A stretch of 60,584 bases of DNA, filler included, from Bipalium vagum (Eukaryota): NCBI GenBank assembly GCA_037834085.1. It is 3 parts of 3 records of this genome, joined end to end, with 100 filler letters (N's around TTAATTAATTAA, not from the genome) between each part and the next. Parts side by side here need not be neighbours in the genome. Positions count along the whole stretch, not along the records: positions 24,887 to 42,861 come from JBBMKC010044957.1; 2 more parts are not named here. The stretch is one strand, 5' to 3'. The first letter of the stretch is position 1; the number at the start of each line of letters is the position of its first letter. The notes beneath the pieces were generated by a model that ran no database searches, was not told where the DNA came from, and worked only from the letters and a program-made list of their open reading frames with translations. A program made the position numbers and the translations under genes. Below, in pieces: positions 25,454-37,677 of the stretch.

Positions 25454-26977
25454 CAATGCCGTCCATATGTTTAGGGCCACCCTGTAACTATCGAAATAAT
25501 TGTAGATTACGAATTATATTAAAAGTTTTATGATTTGAACTATGTTAATTTAGAAATATGTTTATATTATGTTTAAAACTCATTAAAAATTATTTTAAAA
25601 AATTATAGTATAATTATTAAAATAGATTTGCTATGTTAATGCGTTTTTTTAATTTTGATGTCATTTAAATATATAAACTATTTTAAGGATAAATTAAATT
25701 TTTATGTAAAATCTATATGTACAACATTTTGCTAATGCTTAAGTAATATATTTTATTAATTTTAGAAATTCTTTTGTTAAATATGGCTAAGATATCCATA
25801 GATATTCGGAAACTGGTGATTAAGAAATTGAAAGAGGGTTTGTCCCAGAGGAGATTTATAAACGAACTCAATATTTCAAGGAATATTATTCAACATATGA
25901 TACGGAAGCTGAAACAACATGAAACATTGAGAAACTTAAGTAAAAGTGATCGTAGACCGAAAAATACAGAAAGATCACTTATTCGGATGTCAAAGAAAAA
26001 TCCCCAGAAAACAGCACGTGATCTTCTTATCAATTGGAAAACAAGCCAAACTAACTCACTTAGTATTGTAAACCGTATTCTGAGAAAGTATGGCTTATCC
26101 GGACGAATTGCAGCGAAGAAACCATATTTAAAAGAGCGACATATAAAAAATCGTTTAAAGTAGTGCAGAGATTATAGCAAACTGCTTCCTTCTTTTTGGA
26201 ATGAGGTAATTTTTTCTGATGAAAGTCGCATAGACCTGTTCTCTAGAAGAAGACAATACGTTCGCGGACCGCGAGGATCAAGGTGTAGTCTAAAATATAC
26301 CACGAAAACGGTGAAATTCGGAGGTAATAGTATCATGGTTTGGGGCTCAATTCAAGAAGATGGCACCAGAGCTGGTAAAGTGTCCGGATCGGATGAATTC
26401 TGATGCCTACAAGGATGTATTGAAGAGAGGATTGCAACAAGACGGAGTTCCATGCTACAAATCAAAATTGGTCTTCTTTTTTGGACATGAAAAAAATCTG
26501 CGTAATCAGTGATTGGCCTGCACAATCGCCAGATTTGAATATAATTGAGCCTTTATGTGTTGACCTAAAAGCCAGAGTTCATAGCTGTAGGCCGAAAAAT
26601 ATTGAGGCACTGCGGAAGAATTTGGACAATCAGTGGGCAATGATGCAAGAGGTCATTAAAAATAAAGGTATGAGTACAAGGTACTGAATTCGAGTATCGC
26701 GATTGTTCATGAGGTTGACTTTTATTATTATGTGTTTGATCATTTGAAATGTAAATAAAAAATATTTTATTGACGTTTTAGTCTTGTATTCAAAATGACT
26801 TAAAAATTGATGTTTCTGAACAAATCGGTTTTTCTACATTTACAAAAATTTTACTTTGGGAATTTTTGATTGGAAACATGTACCAACATATTCTATCATA
26901 TATTTAAATATAGACAGTATTAAAGTACTTATAATTATATAATTTCATCATTTTATCTAAACATATGGACGGCATTG
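25454..26977 (+). mobile_element. Tc1 element with both TIRs and TA target duplication; transposase defective
   Basis: Perfect 21-bp TIR CAATGCCGTCCATATGTTTAG at both ends, flanked by TA. The transposase (25783-26687) has IFSDESR, MVWGSI, QQDG and DWPAQSPDLNIIE, with a stop at 26161 and deletions. Confidence 0.95.
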
Positions 26978-27579
26978 TATTTTCATTTTTATCTTTTTCA
27001 TAAACATTATTTAATTTATTATGCAATTTTTCATCTGCGGGCTGGATTAGATACAATATGTGAAAATATATTCATATTTCTACATAAAGTAATGGTTTTT
27101 ATATAGTAATAAATTTACTTGTCTTTCTTTTTCTTACAAGAAAACATTTATTTAAAATAAAATTTATAATCATTTGCATTAGCAAATCTTCGTCATTTTC
27201 CTCTGTTGGCTTGTTTTATTCCAATCTTTTCGGCAATCTGTGAAAGTAAATTGCTCATTGAGTTTACGGTCATCTCTATTGCTTACATTCTTTCATGCAA
27301 TGAGGACCCATCAGGATATCCATTTCCAGTTTGCTTCTCTTTATTTGTTCCTGGCAATTCCTTGAGAACTTCCTCTTTATGATTTTTCCAGACATTTTGT
27401 TAATTTATAATTATTACGATTAATTAAACAAATAATTCTTTTTTTCCTTTTTAAACTTCAATTTTAATTTTTTAAATTTTAATTTCATCTTAAAAATTTT
27501 TTTTTAAAAAGATTTTTTCTCTCATTTAATTATAAGTTTTTAATTCGCTTATAATATATGTTTTTATATATCATGAGAG

Positions 27580-28303
27580 GATTTGTTTGCAGCTCAAATG
27601 GAATTAATTGCAAATTATCGGACTTCTGATTTATTTAATCCGAGTCTAGTTAATACTTCATTATTCCTTGGATCCCAGGATCCCAAAGCGCTGATAACTA
27701 TTGTGTCCAGTGAGACAGTAAATTTTGTGTCCATCTCAATATTGTAAGATTTATTTTTGAGGATTATCACGAGTTCTTGCAGAACTTTATTGTCTCTTAA
27801 TTCTCCCTTCTTTTTTACAGTGACAGAGAACATGAGCTTGCGCTTCAGGTGCATTACAGCCTCTTCTACAGCTTACAATTTCCTTACGTAATACTTTATA
27901 TGGTGCGTAATTTAATTTAATTATATTGTTTCGAGCTTTTACAGCAAATATTCAACCGGGAGGCTTCCTTGAATAATGACCTTATTGGATCATTGATGGA
28001 GCAATAATGCATAACTTAATTGCCCTTGGGATTTGAATTTAAACCACGATCTGAAATATTCAATTCCTATGTTCATTTTTTTTTTGAACGAAAGTCAAAA
28101 TAGACTAACCTAGGTTTTATGGCTGGTGACTTTATCTCCATTTCAATACCCTGTTCGCCCAGCTTGAAAAATACACCAATATCAAATTTTCGTTTCATAT
28201 CAGTTATGCTCTTTCGGACTTTGGACCACCATGTTGCTAAATGTGCATCCTTATACTGTTTATAATTTAAACGCTGTATTGGTAATATTTTCATCAATTT
28301 CAA
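27580..28303 (-). mobile_element. RLE-type non-LTR retrotransposon (NeSL/Utopia-like) C-terminal fragment
   Basis: LDTIVISALGSWDPRNNEVLTRLG matches the GALGSWDP.N motif that follows the restriction-like endonuclease. TWWSKVRKS lies upstream. Confidence 0.7.
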
Positions 28304-29009
28304 AAAAATTTATGAAGATATTTTTTGTTTATTAAATTTTTAATATCATTTATTTTCAGTGGAAAATTAATATTTTTAAAATTTAATTCATTTATATATA
28401 TTGCATAATTACTAATGCGATTTGAATTAATTTCTACTGGAAATTAATGTGCCAAAATATAAATTTCTACCTCATTTTTAGAATTTTACATTTCAATTTT
28501 AGAATTTTATATTTCAATTTTATAAACTAAACATTATTATCATTATTTTTTATATTAAAATATGAGTTGATTTAAATGGTAATTTTATACATGATGATCT
28601 AATGATTAATCTTTCTGAAGTGAATTTTACCCAGATCAGGAAATTCTTTTTCTTCAACATATTTATGTAACTTTAAAAATATTATTATTAATGTGTATAT
28701 ATATTATGTATATTAAGAATTTTGTTTTTATCATTTATTATTTCAACTGGTTTAGATTAAAAATTAAAATCATTATATTTATCTTTCCTTTTATATCTAC
28801 AATTTAATATTATTTATTTAAAAAAATCATCCAAACTAATTGTTCAAATCACTCCTTTATATCCCCGATCTCCAGATTTTTTAAAACTTTCATCTCCAAA
28901 ATTTTTCCATCTGTATTTTCTAATCAATACCTTCTTCCGCGTATATTCTTTCGAATTCGGTATGGGTCTTTGTATTTTTTATGGTTCTCTTTCCTCTTCT
29001 CTACTCTGA

Positions 29010-29240
29010 CTAAGATGTCGTTGCATTATCTAAGTCAATGAAGCTAAGATACTTTGCACTACCCAAAGCATCTAGCATCCCATCCACATTCGGTATCGGA
29101 AATGCGTGCTTTATCGTCACTGCATTTAATTGGCGAAAATCCAAACCAATGTGAATATCTTTTTTCCAATTCTTAGACATGGAAATCAACATGTCGAAGG
29201 CGAAATAAATTTTTTAATAATCCCATTATCGTACAGTTTC
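29010..29240 (-). mobile_element. Ty3/gypsy reverse transcriptase fragment
   Basis: LDFRQLNAVTIKHAFPIPNVDGMLDALGSAKYLSFIDL matches the gypsy RT DYR-LN-T-D-YPLP-ID-LLD-L-A-YFS-LDL block. Confidence 0.88.
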
Positions 29241-30229
29241 TTGACGTCTAATATATCTTTCCCTCTAGTTTTATCGGTTGTCCAAACGGTTTAAGGTTAA
29301 TCGAGTTTCCTGTTATCCGGATACGGTACAGCCGATATGCCATTTATTGGCCATTAAAACGTTTTGGTTTTCTTTCGTCGCTCATGTTAGTTATACTGTC
29401 CTCTTAAAACCATCTCCTTCCTTGATTTCATTGCCAAACTTTTCTTCAAAATTATATATATATATCTTCTCTACCCTCTCCTTTATTTTGGGTCTGTTCA
29501 CAGTTTTCTTTTACTAATCTAAATACCTTCTGGATATTTATTCTGCCGATTAAATACAATCTGACTTCCACAAATTTCGTAACACCTACCAGTTTCAACT
29601 TGTTTCCTATACTTGGCAGAATTGAATATTTCCAGTTACAATAATTAAAAATAAGTTAAATAATTACATTAAATACATTCATTAAAAAATTCATCAAGTC
29701 TGATTAGTCTTCTCATAGTTTGTAATATAATAATAATTTATATACATTGAAATAGATTAACATTTAAAATAAAAACTGTCAAACGAGAATTGCAATTGAA
29801 GTAAAATAAAAATTTAATAATTTGAGAAAAATAAAAAACTTTTTGGTGAGATGCACATACATATTCTGCGATGTATACTGAGGAAAGACTAACACTTGTT
29901 TACATAAATAATTTTATTTATAAAAATAAGAAATAACGAATATTTGTTTAGTATATCATTAAACTTTAAATATAATTAAAGTAGCTATGTATCACAATTC
30001 CGCAATTAATATACATTTAAATTTTAACATTTTTACTTTATATCTTGTGAATCGTAGTGAGCAGATATGTGATTAGATTTCTATTAATTCTAAATATAAT
30101 TTATAATTATTATAATTAATAATTTAATTTTGGTTATTTAGAAATAAGATTTACACTCTAAATTAAGGCTTTGTTCGTTTGTTATACTTATTATGTTGTT
30201 AATCTTATTATTTACTAATTTTTTTAAAA

Positions 30230-33200
30230 ATGATTCAATTTCTTGGATCAAGCTTTCGAAAAGTTATTTTATATTAATATCTATTCCCGTATAATATTGA
30301 TTTTATTACACAATAGTCATTGCTCCATCAAATAAAAACTTCATCGCGATGTTTTGCGTCGGTATGCTACCTACATTAATTTTATGTGAAAACGATAATT
30401 AAGCTTTAATAGGTTCCAATGAGCCGGTTAGAACCGAAAACCCACCTTAATTACAAAAAACTTATTGATAATTTAGAAATTGTGAAGAAAAGGTAGCCTA
30501 CATAATCAAGAAAGATAATTTATATTTGCTTACAGACTGAATCGACCTTTGACGTTGTCTGAAAAAATACTCTATAGTCACTTGGATGATCCAAAAAATC
30601 AAGTTTCTACTATTAATTTTATATTTTTAATTTTTTAAATCTAGGATGTGGTTCGCGGAGAAAGTTACTTACGATTGCGACCTGATCGAGTTGCAATGCA
30701 AGACGCTACGGCTCAAATGGCAATGTTACAATTTATAAGCAGTGGTCTTCCCACAGTTGCTGTGCCGTCCACAATTCATTGTGACCACTTGATAGAGGCG
30801 CGTGATGGTGGAGTTGAAGATCTTAAACGTGCTCAAGACACCAATAAAGAAGTTTACGATTTTCTTTCGACAGCAAGTGCAAAGTTTGGACTGGGATTCT
30901 GGCGTCCAGGAAGTGGGATCATTCATCAAGTAAGTGGAATATTCATAATGGATCGCTTTAAAAATCAAACTTCGTCACAATTTTTCTAATCTAAACATCG
31001 GTAAAAACAGATTATCATCGAAAATTATGGATTCCCCGGTGTACTATTGATCGGTACTGACTCTCATACTCCAAACGGCGGTGGATTGGGTGGTTTGTGT
31101 ATTGGAGTCGGTGGTGCAGATGCTGTGGACGTAATGGCTGACATACCGTGGGAACTGAAGTGTCCAAAGGTCATTGGAGTCCACCTGAAAGGTTCTCTAT
31201 CCGGTTGGACAAGTAGCAAAGACGTTATTCTGAAAGTGGCCGATATTCTAACTGTAAAGGGTGGTACCGGTGCTATTGTGGAATATTTCGGATCGGGAGT
31301 CGATTCTATCACGTGTACGGGAATGGGAACCATTTGCAATATGGGTGCTGAAATAGGTGCAACTACCAGTGTGTTCCCCTTCAACAAACGAATGTCTGAG
31401 TATTTGGATGCTACAAATCGTGCGGATATTGGTAAAGAGGCTACAAAGTACAAGGTTAATAAGTATATTGATTTTTTTCTCTAAAAATTATAGTTAAGCC
31501 GATAATCACTCAAAATTATCGTGTTGATTTTATTAAACAAATTAATTTTTATCGATTATTTTGTCCTATTATAAATTAGCATATAATTATTATTTCTGCT
31601 CATATCATTATTATTTTTATTATTCTTTTTTTATTATGATTGATTTATTGGTATTATTTCAGGATGTTCTCCTGATAGCTGACAAAAATTGTAAATATGA
31701 TCAGGTCATAGAAATTGACCTGGACACGTTGGAACCTCACATAAATGGACCGTTCACACCCGACCTGGCTCATCCAATCTCTCAAATCGGGAAACGCGCC
31801 AAAGAGTATGGTTGGCCAGAAAAAATATCGGTCGGTTTGATTGGGTCGTGCACAAATTCGTCCTATGAGGACATGAGTCGAGCCGCTTCGATTGCTAAGC
31901 AGGCTGTTGATCGGGGACTGAAATCAAAATGTCCTTTCACCATTACGCCCGGAAGCGAACAGATTAGAGCGACAATCGTTCGGGACGGTCAGGCTGAGAT
32001 TCTGAGTAAATTTGGAGGCACGGTTCTGGCAAACGCTTGCGGCCCATGTATTGGTCAATGGGACCGTAAAGTAAGAGACTTTATCCTTTATGTAAATTAT
32101 CACCTTTATTAATCAATTATTTTCTAAACCATTGGTTTTGATTAGTGCAATTATATTATTTCTTTGTTGATTGGTATTGTTGTTTTATTTTTTAAAAATT
32201 AATATCTATGTATTGATTGATCTATGAGTGAGTATACGATTGACAAAAAATCGTTATTGCTTTATTTATCTTTAGTAATTATTCAGGTAATTAATTTAGC
32301 CACTTGACAACTAGACTGGTTCATTCTTAATTATTTGTCTATGAGAATCAATAATTGTATTGAAAATCTGTATTAAATTATTAACTAAATCAATATCTGA
32401 GTAGATTATGGATCTGGTTTAAAATTAGTAATATTTATTTCACTTAAATTGCTTTCAATTGTCTTTTTAATATTATTATGTTTCGTTGATCTTTATAGTC
32501 AAATTATTGGTCGATATATTATTGATATTGAGTGGAAATTCTCAAATAATTTCAACAAAATTTGATTCTTTAAATTTATTATGTTAAGGATCACACATAA
32601 TTAGTCCCAGAATAACATTTTTATTATTTGATGATATTAAAATGTTTAATAATTATCCTAAAATACCTAGAAAAAGTCTTCTTTTTTCATAGAAAATGTA
32701 TTGACTTATTTTATCATGAGAAAATTAAGTTTCGTTTTCTTTTCTTCATCATCTTTAAGTTTTTATAAACTACATTATATATCCACACTTATGATTGATA
32801 ATTAAGATTGAAAGAATTTTAAAAAATCGATTTTAATATTGAAATTTATAAATAAGAAACTTCATTATCATAAATTTCTTTTATTAACATATTTAAATTA
32901 TCAACTGAAATTGACTAATTATTAAAAATCAATTTTTAAAATAAAAGTATTTGACAAAATTAAAGGTTATTAATAAAAGTTGTTTGTTATCATAAATAAA
33001 TTGACTAATAAAGATTTTACGTTTACATTTGAATTTAATATTTTAAACTATTCTTGAAGTATTTTCCATTTTAAAGCATTGATTTACTCAGTGATGAAAT
33101 ACATGTCTGGTTGAGCTTTGTGCACTCACGGATCTGTTGTTATTTTGACCTATTTTATAAAATCTTTAGCTTAAGATCAATATTTTCGTTGTGATCCTCT

Positions 33201-36200
33201 TATTAAAGTTATTCTTAATTCACTATTCAATTCAGCTTAATAATTAGTGATAGATTTTACCTATTATTCAAAGAATCCTTTATATTTTACTTTGATTGCA
33301 TTTTCATCGATATAGAATTTTTTCTTGAAGAGCAAATGATTTTCATTTGCTCATCGGAACAGTATAAGTTTTTACTCTTTCTAAAAATTACATGATTGCC
33401 TAGTTTTTAGAATTTCTTCAGTATTCATGATTACGTGGTATGCCGAATAAGTACTGAGCCTATTGTATAGAAAGGTTAATGTAAATTAAAATATATTATG
33501 ATTATCAGGTAAATCGCGTTTTTTAAAATGTCTTTAGAAAATGTGCAATAACGAAGGGTCATTCGTTTCCTCTATTTGAAGAAAAAAGTCGAGAAGGAAT
33601 TCAAAAGAAATTATATGATGTTTACTGTGAACAAAGTCCTTTATGGGCTATAACAAAAAGATGGTACAATGAATCTAAAGCTGGAAGAACCCACATGGTA
33701 AACGTAGAAAAACCAGGAGGGCAAAGCGAAATCAGCGAGAAAATAACGGAAAACCTACATGAAATTATACAAAATGAAAGAAGAATCACAACAAGAGAGC
33801 TCATTGTGAGTTTAAATGTTAGCAAAGGTACTATTCAGTCGTTATTGGAAAGTAGTGGCATCAGAAAGTTGTGCTCACGATTCATGCCACGTTTTCTAAA
33901 TGGTGATATGCAAGCTTCTGATTTCTTTTGTTCAAACACCTCAAGCGGGAACTAAGAGATAGACAATTTTCATCAAAAGATGATTTGCAGAATATTGTCA
34001 CTGATTATCTGAACGAAAAATCTTCCGATTTCTTCAAAAATGCTTTCTCGTAACTTATCACTCGCTGGAAAAAATTTGTTGACGTTTCTGGAAACTTTAT
34101 ATTATGGTACATATTCATTGTTTATAATACAACATTTTTTGTGATCGTTTCTTGTTTTCTAACATAGGCTCATTAATTATTGAGCACACCACGTAAGTTA
34201 ATAATTATAATTGATATCACATATCACTTATTTATAATAAGAATGAATATGGATAATATTTTTTTAGTTTTGAATAATAAATATATTTTTCACTGGTTTT
34301 CATGTCAATTTTGAGCCCTAGATATGAATTCAAGTTCCATCAATAAAACAAAGGCAAATCTTTATTTATTTTCCTTTCATTTGAGATTTTAAACAATACT
34401 TATTTCCATGAAATTTTCCCAGGACGTGAAAATGGGTGAAATGAATACTATTGTTACATCTTACAATCGGAATTTTACCGGAAGAAATGATGCCAATCCT
34501 GCCACACATGCTTTCGTCACCAGTCCGGATATTGTTACGGCTTTGGTTATTGCAGGCAATCTCAATTTCAACCCACTTGTCGATGAACTCACTGATGTCA
34601 ATGGAAAAAAGTTCAAATTGTCTCCGCCAGTTGGAGAGGCCTTGCCTACCAAGGGCTTTGATCCAGGAAGTAATACTTACCAACAACCTCCTGGTGATTC
34701 GGGAAAAATCAATGTGAAAGTCGATCCAAAAAGTACTAGATTACAGCTTCTTGAACCGTTTCAAAAATGGGACGGGCGTGATATTGTAGATATGCCTATT
34801 TTGATAAAAATAAAAGGAAAATGTACAACGGATCACATCAGTGCAGCTGGGAAATGGCTGAAATTTCGAGGACATTTGGATAATATTTCGAACAATATGT
34901 TTATTGGGTGAGTCAAATATGACTATTTTCCTTTTGGTTTACATTCTTGACATAAGCTTATTGATATTTTGGTTTTACGAGTTCTGTCTTTTAAGTTTTG
35001 CATGTGTGCATACATAAAATATTATTATGTAGAACTAACGTTTATATTTAGTTACTAAGAAGTATAATTTTTATTTAAATATTTCAGTCTTGGTTTACAG
35101 TGACTATTTAAAAAACATAATCAATGAAAAAAATTGAATTCACGAGAGATATAGACAATTATAAAATTTGTATATAAAATTCACAATTTATTATGAAGTA
35201 GAAGCTTGTTGAAACTTGAAAAGTGAATAAAAGTCAACAAAACATATCTAAGCTCTCTTCCAATCGTTGATATTCTCAAACTAGTTACAGTTTCTGTATG
35301 TCTTTCTTATCTCTTTAAGAGAGAAAAGTTGAAACTGTGACTGATGTGGTCACAATGTATGATCAAAGATCGAGAACATTTTTATATTTTTATTATATAT
35401 ATTCCAATTGTGGATATCAAGATAAATATCCACTGTTATGATCTTTTCCTATAAATATTGATAATATTAATAATAAAAGAATGACAGTTATTTAAATTTT
35501 TGTGAAATTTTGAAATTATCTAAAAATATTGGTTAGAAATTTTGGGAAAAAAATTTATTTCTTAACAAATCGAATTATGATTAATATCAATTTTAAGGTT
35601 TACTGACTTTGAAAAGACAGAATATCATAACAATATTGAGAAACTGGTCGTTATTTTTATGTTTAAAAACTAGAAAAAATTCTTAATTGAACTTTAAATT
35701 CAATTCTCATTAAATAACAATTTTATTAATTTTTTGTGGTACTTTTAAATTGAATTGATCACGTTTTAGTTTACTTGGTAACTTCCTTTTTTTGTTAACA
35801 AAGCGAGTTTAAAGTACAATTTCATAATATATGATATGAAGCCTGGTTGTTATTCTGTTTTTATCATTTGAATAAGTAAAAAATCTGTTGCTTTTTAAAA
35901 ATCAATTACAGACTTCTATATAATATTCAAAGACAACTGGTCAGCCTACTTCAGTGCTATGGGGTGTGTTTCACATTAATTCCTTTGAAAAATGCAGGGA
36001 ACATAACACAAGACTGTTCAATTTTTCTTTTCTATCAGCCATAATTTCCACATTGGTATTTCTATCTTTCCAAACAATTTAAATAAGATCCTAGGTCTCT
36101 TTAGAAATTAATTATTACTTGTCTGAGAGATGGTTGCTTCTGAGATCCGTATCGTATAAAAAAGTCAATTCATTAGTTGAATGTGTTGGACAACAAAAAT

Positions 36201-37234
36201 ATCAAGTTACTCAAGTGTCCCAGGCATGGTTAAACAGCGCTTTTTCTATCATTAACTAAATGGTGATTACATTTGATCCTTTATAATTTTCTCCATCAAT
36301 TATTGTTTATCTTTTTTCTTAAATCGTTTTATCTATTTGCTAACTTTGACATACCTCCATCGATTCTAATTTATTCAAAGTTTGCTAAGAATTTTATGAA
36401 GTCTCATATTTTGTTTCATCGATATTTTGAAATACACACCAGAAAAGTGGAAGCAACAACCAAATTTATTTGCAAAAACATCGTATAAATTCTAAAATGT
36501 TTTTTTAAAAAATCACTCCATTGCTATGGAAAAATACTGTACCTTCATCCTCTAACAATGTTTTTGAGCTTTTATTGACCAAAAAATTTATCAATATATT
36601 TTCAGAGCTGTTAATGCTGAAAACGGTGAAGTGAATAAAGTCCGTAACATACTCACTGGCCAATGGGAAGGGGTACCCGATACCGCTCGAAAGTACAAAG
36701 CTGCAGGCTTGTCGTGGGTGGTTGTCGGAGATGAGAATTACGGCGAAGGCAGCAGTCGGGAGCACGCGGCATTGGAGCCGAGACATCTGGGAGGTCGAGC
36801 AATAATCGTTAAGAGCTTTGCAAGAATTCACGGTAATCATAAATAATTAATATCAGAACGAAACCGAGTTGTTTATAATTGTGTTATTAATTATTGCAGA
36901 AACCAATCTGAAGAAACAGGGTATGCTTCCATTGACTTTTGCCAATCCCGATGATTACAATAAAATCAAACCTGATGATAAAATTTCTCTCTTAAATCTG
37001 GCCCAATTTGCACCGGAAAAGGTGAATATTATTGATTTTCTGTTGTGCACCGTCTCATCTATTTCAAAATTAAATTATCATTTTTGTCCATTTTTTTAGC
37101 CCATCGAATGCCTTATCAAACACAAAGACGGAAACAAAGAAACTATTAAGCTGATTCACTCGTTCAACAAAAATCAAATAGACTGGTTCAAAGCTGGCAG
37201 TGCTCTGAATCGTATGAGAGAGCTCAAAACGTGA
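30230..37234 (+). CDS. ACO2: Mitochondrial aconitate hydratase, 11 exons, ~776 aa
   Basis: Exons 30230-30262, 30317-30361, 30413-30492, 30536-30602, 30645-30929, 31011-31454, 31663-32070, 34423-34907, 36606-36832, 36900-37021 and 37100-37234. All introns are GT-AG and the 2331 nt are in frame. Motifs: [26 protein letters not shown], the Fe-S ligands GSCTNSS and ACGPCIG, CTTDHIS and [12 protein letters not shown]. The N-terminus is a basic/hydroxylated presequence. Confidence 0.98.
33434..34193 (+). mobile_element. Internally deleted mariner-like element in aconitase intron 7
   Basis: Degenerate TIRs CGTGGTATGCCGAATAAGTACTGAGCCTAT and CGTGGTGTGCTCAATAATTAATGAGCCTAT, flanked by TA. The transposase N-terminus runs to [12 protein letters not shown] and joins the C-terminal [11 protein letters not shown]. 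Confidence 0.85.
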
Positions 37235-37677
37235 TAATTTAACTTTTTCTGTGTAGCCCTTTTGAAATTATTGAAAAAAATAATAATATTAGAGTAATAA
37301 ATATTATCTATTAGTCTTTGTCGTTATTAATTTGGTATTTGCTGAGGTTTTTTTTAAAAAAAATACTTTTTTTACCATGGAAACTGAATATTCGAAAATG
37401 ATTGGTGTGTGATATATAGTAGTCATGGTGTGCATTAGGATGGCATATGAGTAGAGGAAATGAAGATGCTGTTTATCTGATAGAACTGGAGCAGAGATTA
37501 ATTTCTTTAAGAATCGACAAGAATGAAACTGGAAAGTGTTGCCTTCAGTTTTGAAGGAAAAATTAATGCATTGATTTCTTGCAAATAGAAAATTTCATTT
37601 GTCTTCATGTACAAAATCGAGAAAATTCACTGGAAATATATATAATTTTATTATTGTAAATTTAATTTTTTGGAAAT

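Noticed and set aside
29900-30229. Iron-responsive element upstream of ACO2, as in vertebrates
   Set aside because: No CAGUGN-loop hairpin with a bulged C is visible upstream of the ATG.
30726-36840. Antisense and alternate-frame ORFs overlapping aconitase exons (and similar ones over the Egl-like exon)
   Set aside because: These are shadow ORFs caused by the higher GC of real exons and have no independent motifs.
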